Below, piece after piece: positions 55,796 to 64,000 of a stretch of 64,000 bases of DNA. This stretch comes from Macrostomum lignano. Taxonomy: Eukaryota. Below the pieces are notes generated by a model. It was not told where the DNA came from. It searched no databases and saw nothing but the letters and a program-made list of their open reading frames with translations. The stretch spans positions 1-64,000 of the forward strand of contig NIVC01001920.1 in the NCBI GenBank assembly GCA_002269645.1, written 5' to 3'. Position 1 is the stretch's first letter; every line of letters starts with the position of its first letter. A program made the translations under genes and the position numbers.

Positions 55796-56893
55796 ACACA
55801 ACAAGATGATTGAGCTGAATCTAAGTTCGCTGTGCAATTCAGAAAACTGTTATGCATTAATCTATTTTAAATTTTGTTGATTAACACGCCTCACTTGGCC
55901 CCTGTTGTGCCCCAACTTCACTAGTCAGTTATTTAGTCAATTTTAATGCTGCAGTATTTCTCCGCATGTACAAATCTGATACTATAAAAGATATTTTCAA
56001 GCTGCCGACATTCACTGTTTTATGCATATTATATGCGATTAAATATTGAATAATTAGCCTTTTTTACTATTCTGTAAACCGCAATTGGTGTCTGTGTATT
56101 CCTCTCCTATTTAGCTAATAAACGTGTTGTTGTCGCAGCAGTGCGCATAGAGTCATACTTTTAATTCTGAATCTCTTTCTAATCTGGCTGCTATGACCTG
56201 CTAGTCCCTATGACCTGGATTATCATGTACATATAAAGAATGCTATTTTTCATTATCTATTGCATCCATACTATACTCTAGTTATCCATCTATCTATGCC
56301 TACACTTGTGTCTGGTTTGTTTTGCCTTCATATTTTTAAATAAGAACAATTCACCGAATAAGAACAGCACTCACTGCTTTTTGTTCTGCGACCATCCCTC
56401 CGCCAGCCCCCAGCCCCCCAGCTGGCACGCAACATACTCTTAAATAATTAACGAAATCGAGACTCGAATCTTTTTAATTAAAATAGCCCGTATTATCCGG
56501 CATGTATTGCTAACTAATTAGGTTATTAATATTTCATTACCACTACTTGCTGCTCTATTCATATTAACTGCAGTTTGTGATTTCTAATTTTATTTGGCAA
56601 CACAAAAAACCAACAGCTAGTTTCCTGGCTGTACAAGCAGGTATAAATGTATTGATTAATAAATATATGCGCATAATTATCCGTAACAAGGCGAGTTTGC
56701 GAACATTTTCGATGTCTAAAAATAGCATTATAATTCAACTATACTTTTAGTTTCTGCTAAGTTATTTTTTCATTTTATGTTCTCCATTTCTGGCAATTCT
56801 GGCAAGTAACTTGCACCTGTTCCTTTCTCTTTAGTATATTTTCTCTAGACTTTTCTCATTTTATGAGAAAGCACTATCTAACGTATGTGAGAA

Positions 56894-57365
56894 AGCACCA
56901 AGGGGCGCCAGCACCAAGGGGCACCAGCACCAAGGGGCGCCAGCACCAAGGGGCGCCAGCACCAAGGGGCGCCAGCACCAAGGGGCGCCAGCACCAAGGG
57001 GCGCCAGCACCAAGGGGCGCCAGCACCAAGGGGCGCCAGCACCAAGGGGCGCCAGCACCAAGGGGCGCCAGCACCAAGGGGCGCCAGCACCAAGGGGCGC
57101 CAGCACCAAGGGGCGCCAGCACCAAGGGGCGCCAGCACCAAGGGGCGCCAGCACCAAGGGGCGCCAGCACCAAGGGGCGCCAGCACCAAGGGGCGCCAGC
57201 ACCAAGGGGCGCCAGCACCAAGGGGCGCCAGCACCAAGGGGCGCCAGCACCAAGGGGCGCCAGCACCAAGGGGCGCCAGCACCAAGGGGCGCCAGCACCA
57301 AGGGGCGCCAGCACCAAGGGGCGCCAGCACCAAGGGGCGCCAGCACCAAGGGGCGCCAGCACCAA
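56894..57365. repeat. 16-bp minisatellite (AGCACCAAGGGGCGCC)
   Basis: About 29 near-identical copies. Confidence 0.98.
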
Positions 57366-60144
57366 GCAAGGATTTACCACAGACAGTCTCTCGGCGAGTG
57401 AAAAATATTGCGCCCGCCCGATGGCTTTGCACTGCGGAGCCAATAGGGTTTTGGCCATAGACATTCTCAGCGGACGGGCTGCCATGTTAATTTCCAATCG
57501 AGGCCCGCTACTATAGAGACTGAAAGCGCTGAAAGCACTAAAATAAAAAAGCCGAATAATAAAGTAAATTGCCAGGCACCCAGGCCGATCGGAGTGGCAT
57601 CAATCAGCCTTGCTGCTCAAGCCGCCCGAGTTGATGGAGGGGCCAGTAGGGAGAAGAAGAAAGTCGGAGTCGGAGAGGCTGCTGCTAAAGGGGAGACTGG
57701 GAGAACGATTGGAGGGAACACACAGACACACACAGAAAGAGTGGGGAGATGGCGCTCTATTTTTATCCCATTTATTTGCATCTGACGTCAGGAACTGCCG
57801 AGGAGGCCGAGCCGGGTCTGGGAGGAGGGAAAGGGCTGGGAGGACACTGGGGGGGGGGGGGGCAGAACAGTTTATTTATCGACGCGGTCAATGCCGAATA
57901 AATTTGCGACCGTGCACGGTGCAAGGCAGTAGACAAGAGGGCGGGCGGCCCGGGCTGCACTTGAAGTAGGGCAGCCGGCGTGCCGTCAAATACCATTCGC
58001 TGGCCCGCCGAAAAAAGGCTTTTTTAAAGAATTATTTTTGTTAATCTGAACCGCTTTCATCCTCTTGTAGGAATGAATGCATATTTCTTGAGTATTAAGT
58101 GGCTATGAGATGGGTCGGGGCGGGGCTGTCGCAGATAGAGCTTGCTCCCGCAGCACAGGCTGTCCCCTTTTCTTGATTGTGTGTTTCTCGCATATCGGCG
58201 GGAAGGGAGGAAGACTGAGGAAACGCAATACACGGGAGCGGAGATCAGTGCAGGGTGACAGCGGCAGCTTCAGAGGGTCGCTCGAGTTGAGCCGTAGCGG
58301 ACATGTTAAGGAGGCGGGCAGCAGCAGACAGGCAGCGTAGCGGCAGCGGTGGGTTGGGGAGGCCTCGGAGACTGGGGGAAAATAGGAGGACTCGAGAGGC
58401 GTACAGGTCCGACCTGGGAGTGCCGGAGGATCCGATCTGCACTTGCTGAGAGACAGTGGGATGGGGATCGGGGAGAGAGGGAGGAGAAAGGGAAAGCTAC
58501 CCCCCCCCCTCGTGGCAGGCACTGCCTCTCTCTGTCTTCCCCATGCCTTCAGCCTCATTTTCCCCTTTTCCCCCCGAGCTCAGCTCAGGGAAAGGGAAAG
58601 AGGGTTGACGTGATGGACGTGATGGTTCCTCTCCGCCTCCTCCCCCCAGCTCTGCTCCTTCCTAAGCAGCACTCCTGGCTCGCTCCGCTCAGCGGCGTCT
58701 TGCTACGACGGTCGCAGAGCCAACGTTCTGCAGTCTGAATACTTTTGTTTGGCGCAGAAGTCTATCGCGGATAGATATGCAACCCGTACACAGCCCCCGA
58801 CTGATACGATTTTTTTGCATTTCTCATGCACGATTCTACTGATAGTAGCTATGCCTCAAAGTGTTCACATTAGATAGATATGTATCTCCCCTCGCTACCC
58901 TCGACCTTCTGCCATCTCCTCCCCCCCGCTGCCCTCTGCCCTCTCCTTCCCCCCACTGCCCTTTGCCCTCTCCATCTGCTGCCCTCTGCTATCTCGTTCC
59001 CCCGCTACCCCTCAGCTATCCCCTTTCCCTGCTGCCCTCTGCCCTCTCCTTCCCCCGCTACCCTTTGTTATCTCCTTGCCCCTTAGCGAGCAATAACTGA
59101 GAAGGGCGGGCAGCAGGCGCAGCCGTGATTCTGATAGCATGGAACACTGAACTAAGAGCTGTTTTATTTGAAACAATACGCGAAACACAAAGCGTGACAG
59201 TCCAGACAGAATGCAGCTGTTATATTAATTTGATATTCCAGCAATAAACAACAATAGCCAAAAGACAGAAAATGTTTGTAATAAATAAATCGCAGCTGAC
59301 AAAACTGGAGATAAACAGTAATAAATGAATAAAAAATGATCTGCTTACATGACAGGCGATTACAAGATGTTAAACAAGGTCAGTCAATTAGGCACAACAA
59401 ATACTTGGACTCGCAATAGAAAGTTGTACAGAAACAATTATAAGGAAAGTTAGACAGAGGCAAAGAGAAACTCCACAACTCAGTAGGGAGAGTAAAATAT
59501 CAGCTGCAATAAGCGCGCAGCCTACTCATAGTAGAGCGGTAAACAGTTTCGAGAGAAAAAGCACACAAACTTGACTAGGCCTCGAGTTGAAGAAATCGCG
59601 CTGAAAAAAACATTGTGCCCATTAATTGATTCGACATAAAAATAAAGCAAGCTTATAAATTGTAAATAGCGGACATGCAGCCTAAATTTGATATAAATAT
59701 ATAGTTAGGAAAAGACGTTCTAATTTCAATAAAAATAACCTGATTTATTGTGCAATTATCACCGCTGCTACGCTGCAGCCTTGTGCATGCATACAGATTA
59801 GCGTAACAAATTAACTGTGTCATAATAACACCTGTTTTCATACTAAACTTCACCACCTGGAACGCGAATAGACAGCCTTAGTCTGAGTAAATTTCTACAA
59901 TAGAAAATAATTAGAAAAGGAACAAAAATGGTGCGCAGCTTTGATACAGATTTGACCAAGACTCAGTCTCTGGGTCAGCTAGATAGAACACTGCGCGTGC
60001 AGCGTCGGCCCAAGCCTTCAAGTGTTGAGGGGGCTTTTCTCTATGAACACCGACTTTGAGAAGTTGAACAAATCTTATGAGAAGCTTATGTAAGTTTATG
60101 AGTTATTTGGGTTGGGCCCGAGCCGTCTGGTGTGTTGCTTTGCC

Positions 60145-61375
60145 TTTCCTGGTGTGGGTTTTCATGGTGTGGGTTTTTCTGGAGTGGGTTTTCCTGGTGT
60201 GGGTTTTTCGGGAGTGGGTTTTCCTGGAGTGGGTTTTCCTGGTGTGGGTTTTCCTGGAGTAGGTTTTCCTGGAGTGGGTTTTCCTGGTGTGGGTTTTTCT
60301 GGAGTAGGTTTTCCTGGTGTGGGTTTTCCTGGAGTGGGTTTTCCTGGTGTGGGTTTTCCTGGTGTGGGTTTTTCTGGAGTAGGTTTTCCTGGTGTGGGTT
60401 TTCCTGGAGTGGGTTTTCCTGGTGTGGGTTTTCCTGGTGTGGGTTTTTCTGGAGTAGGTTTTCCTGGTGTGGGTTTTCCTGGAGTGGGTTTTCCTGGTGT
60501 GGGTTTTCCTGGTGTGGGTTTTCCTGGAGTGGGTTTTCCTGGAGTGGGTTTTCCTGGTGTGGGTTTTCCTGGAGTGGGTTTTCCTGGTGTGGGTTTTCCT
60601 GGAGTGGGTTTTCCTGGTGTGGGTTTTTCTGGAGTGGGTTTTCCTGGAGTGGGTTTTCCTGGTGTGGGTTTTTCTGGAGTGGGTTTTCCTGGTGTGGGTT
60701 TTCCTGGTGTGGGTTTTCATGGTGTGAGTTTTTCTGGAGTGGGTTTTCCTGGTGTGGGTTTTTCTGGTGTGGGTTTTCATGGTGTGGGTTTTTCTGGAGT
60801 GGGTTTTCCTGGTGTGGGTTTTTCTGGTGTGGGTTTTCCTGGAGTGGGTTTTTCTGGAGTGGGTTTTTTCTGGAGTGGGTTTTCCTGGTGTGGGTTTTCC
60901 TGGTGTGGGTTTTCATGGTGTGGGTTTTCTTAGTGTGGGTTTTCCTGGTGTGCGGTTTCCTGGTGTGGGTTTTCCTGGTGTGGGTTTTCTTAGTGTGGGT
61001 TTTCCTGGTGTACGGTTTCTTGGTGTAGGTTTTCTTGGTGTGGGTTTAATCGTGTGAGATTTATGGGTGTGGGGTTTCCTGAAGTCCTGGTCTGGGTTTT
61101 CTTGGTGTGGGGTTTAATGGTGGGATTTCCTGGTGTGGGTCTAATGGTGTGGGGTTTAATGGTGGGATTTCCTGGTGTGGGGTTTAATGGTGTGGGATTT
61201 CCTGGTGTGGGGTTTAATGGTGTGGGATTTCCTGGTGTGGGGTTTAATGGTGTGGGATTTCCTGGTGTGGGGTTTAATGGTGTGGGGTTTAATGGTGTGG
61301 GGTTTAATGGTGTGGGGTTTATTGGTGTGGGGTTCAATGGTGTGGGGTTTAATGGTGTGGGGTTTTTGGTGTGCG
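60145..61375. repeat. 15-bp minisatellite (GGTGTGGGTTTTCCT), grading into GGTGTGGGGTTTAAT
   Basis: GVGFP/QENPH periodicity in the ORF track. Confidence 0.97.
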
Positions 61376-62776
61376 GTTGAATGATGTGGATTTACATGTT
61401 GCGTAGTTAGTTGGTTTAATAAAGTGTCCTTACATTTCCTATGTGCTTCCATTGTTAAGAGGTTAAGCAAATTAAATTTTCGCAATGTATTGCTAGGAAT
61501 AAAGGCTATATTGTAAACTTTGACAGTAAAAACCGACAGACGGACACAAACACGGAATAAATGGTGCTTAGTCTCAAAATTTTTGTTTGCATAATTCGGT
61601 AAATAATTTATAGCGATTAAATTCGACAATATTGCCACATAGATAACACGTATTGTATGTCAGGCGGGCAGGACACAAAAAAAGTAAATAGACGCGGATG
61701 CCCAATTCTCTGATAATCAATATAATTATTTGTTGGTCATTAAACTCGGCCATTAAAAGCTAATTAAGAGAAAATGAATGCCGACCGGACTGGAGGCGAA
61801 ATTGGATTCTCTTCTTCGACTTCTTTCAAGTTGGCATTCAATGTTATTCTCTGATAGGTGCAAATCCACACGTCACATTTGTGTCACATGGCATGTAAAC
61901 AGTAAAACTTATTTCAGTTCAGTGAGAAACGTTTAATAGAAGTATTTTAGTGTATATTAGGACAAGATCGGTTTATTGGCCCTCTTACACCCCTGGCTGA
62001 ACCCCGCCCCAGATACTAGAATAACTAGATGGGCCACTCAGCACATTTGCGTGCAAACTACTTTCAATTCAGTAGTATAGGTTAAACAGAAGCATTTTAA
62101 TTTATTTTAAAGCCAAGGCTCATCTATTGGCTCTTACCTCTCAGCTTAAACCCTCCAACTGCGCTTTTCCACACTACCCCCCCCGCAGGCCCGCACCCCA
62201 ATTTTTATTGCCTTTCTCGGAATTCAGCCTAAAGCTACTTATGTACATTTCAGTGGACTGGCTAATGTAAATTACTGCTGAACCAATTAGCAAGTAGTTT
62301 ACGCCAGCAAGCTTTGGCTTCTAAACTTATCAAAGTAAATTCAGCTGCCTTTATTTTTATTAAATAAGCTTATGCATTCTTTTTGCTACTGAACTGAAAG
62401 TAGAAAGCTGTTTTACTAAATTATAAATGCCTGAGTGGCCATCTAGTCATTTTACTCGTAGTATCAGTGAGCCCCTCAGACCGCGTCTTTCGGCACAAAA
62501 TCTCTTACCAAGCCTCAGACCACCCATTTTTATTGCCTTCCCCGGTATGTTCCAGCCTTGGCCCCGCCATCTACATTCTCAGTGGCTCTGGCTAATGTAC
62601 ATTGCGGCACGTACACCAATAATAGTAAATTGTTTACGCCTGCAAGTCACTCCAAAACTGCCTTTCTTTTCATAAAAAAGCTTACGCATTCTTCACTGCT
62701 ACTGAACTGAAAGTAGAGAAACTGCATCCATGCATGGAAATAGATTCTAGTGACAGACAAAATGCCCGCTTTGAGT

Positions 62777-62928
62777 TCAGACATCCACAAAAACTCCGGA
62801 TTAACGTAGGAGAAGCCGGTGAACTCAGTCTGGTCCAGGTTCATGATGAACAGCTTGTCAGTTGGCGTCAGTTTGGCCGCCTCGTCTGTGAACTGACGAT
62901 CGAAGTTGCTGACGTCGCGGGCAGATTT
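62777..62928 (-). CDS. Terminal coding exon of a conventional protein kinase C (AGC C-tail); rest of gene is beyond the window or not found
   Basis: After a CGCCAG acceptor the minus strand reads KSARDVSNFDRQFTDEAAKLTPTDKLFIMNLDQTEFTGFSYVNPEF, with the turn motif TP and hydrophobic motif FTGFSY typical of invertebrate cPKC. The likely true end is xVDV* at 62777, which needs one extra base in a T5 run. As given, the frame runs on to 62647. Confidence 0.9.
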
Positions 62929-63217
62929 CTGGCGCGAGGGGTGCATGGGGCGTGTTTTTGGTATCTGGCTATACGGTATACATTATATTACACAGGAGGC
63001 TTAGCTTGCATTGCTTTAACTGTACAGCTGTTTACAATAATGAATATATATTCGAATATATCAAGGATTCAAAAAAGTGCTGCTAACAGTCGATTAAAGT
63101 CATAGTTTGAGATGTCTTGGCTAATGCAATGTCTGCTATTTAAAATTTCCTAACCTGAACTTGACCCAACTGATTTTTATGGTATTTTCGAGGAAATCGT
63201 TCGACTAAATAATTTTT

Positions 63218-64000
63218 TGGTCTGGTCTGGTCTGGTCTGGTCTGGTCTGGTCTGGTCTGGTCTGGTCTGGTCTGGTCTGGTCTGGTCTGGTCTGGTCTGG
63301 TCTGGTCTGGTGGTCTGTCTGGTCTGGTCTGGTCTGGTCTGGTCTGGTCTGGTCTGGTCTGGTCTGGTCTGGTCTGGTCTGGTCTGGTCTGGTCTGGTCT
63401 GGTCTGGTCTGCTGGTCTGGTCTGGTCTGGTCTGGTCTGGTCTGGTCTGGTCTGGTCTGGTCTGTCTGGTCTGGTCTGGTCTGGTCTGTCTGGTCTGGTC
63501 TGGTCTGGTCTGGTCTGGTCTGGTCTGGTCTGGTCTGGTCTGGTCTGGTCTGGTCTGGTCTGGTCTGGTCTGGTCTGGTCTGGTCTGGTCTGGTCTGGTC
63601 TGGTCTGGTCTGGTCTGGTCTGGTCTGGTCTGGTCTGGTCTGGTCTGGTCTGGTCTGGTCTGGTCTGGTCTGGTCTGGTCTGGTCTGGTCTGGTCTGGTC
63701 TGGTCTGGTCTGGTCTGGTCTGGTCTGGTCTGGTCTGGTCTGGTCTGTCTGGTCTGGTCTGGTCTGGTCTGGTCTGGTCTGGTCTGGTCTGGTCTGGTCT
63801 GGTCTGGTCTGGTCTGGTCTGGTCTGGTCTGGTCTGGTCTGGTCTGGTCTGTCTGGTCTGGTCTGGTCTGGTCTGGTCTGGTCTGGTCTGGTCTGGTCTG
63901 GTCTGGTCTGGTCTGGTCTGGTCTGGTCTGGTCTGGTCTGGTCTGGTCTGGTCTGGTCTGGTCTGGTCTGGTCTGGTCTGGTCTGGTCTGGTCTGGTCTG
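63218..64000. repeat. (TGGTC)n pentanucleotide microsatellite running off the window
   Basis: Near-perfect; probably inside the last PKC intron. Confidence 0.99.

Noticed and set aside
57594-59100. GC-rich short ORFs between DGK and PKC
   Set aside because: No recognisable domains or consistent splice structure; probably TE or low-complexity remnants.

Overview
Animal genomic DNA with GT-AG introns, GC-rich exons and TTAGGG-type repeats. The style suggests a flatworm such as Macrostomum, but that is an inference only. Four spliced genes lie on the + strand: PCYT2 (first exon upstream of the window), a complete SLC22-family transporter (8 exons, 579 aa), a two-exon orphan single-pass membrane protein, and diacylglycerol kinase theta (10 exons, about 1001 aa). 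The last exon of a convergent conventional PKC lies on the - strand. PCYT2, DGK-theta and PKC each carry an apparent 1-nt indel, most likely assembly error. About 40-45% of the window (manual tally) is tandem repeat, in about 35 mostly unrelated arrays. All 17 introns longer than about 340 nt contain at least one array. One array is a 22-fold amplification of an exon end plus its splice donor. Two arrays are cargo inside non-autonomous Helitron-like elements. A tRNA-derived SINE and an 8-bp-TSD MITE are each inserted in an array. Most long ORFs in the supplied track are repeat artefacts. No rRNA, intact tRNA or CRISPR array was seen. All coordinates were read by hand, and repeat boundaries are approximate.
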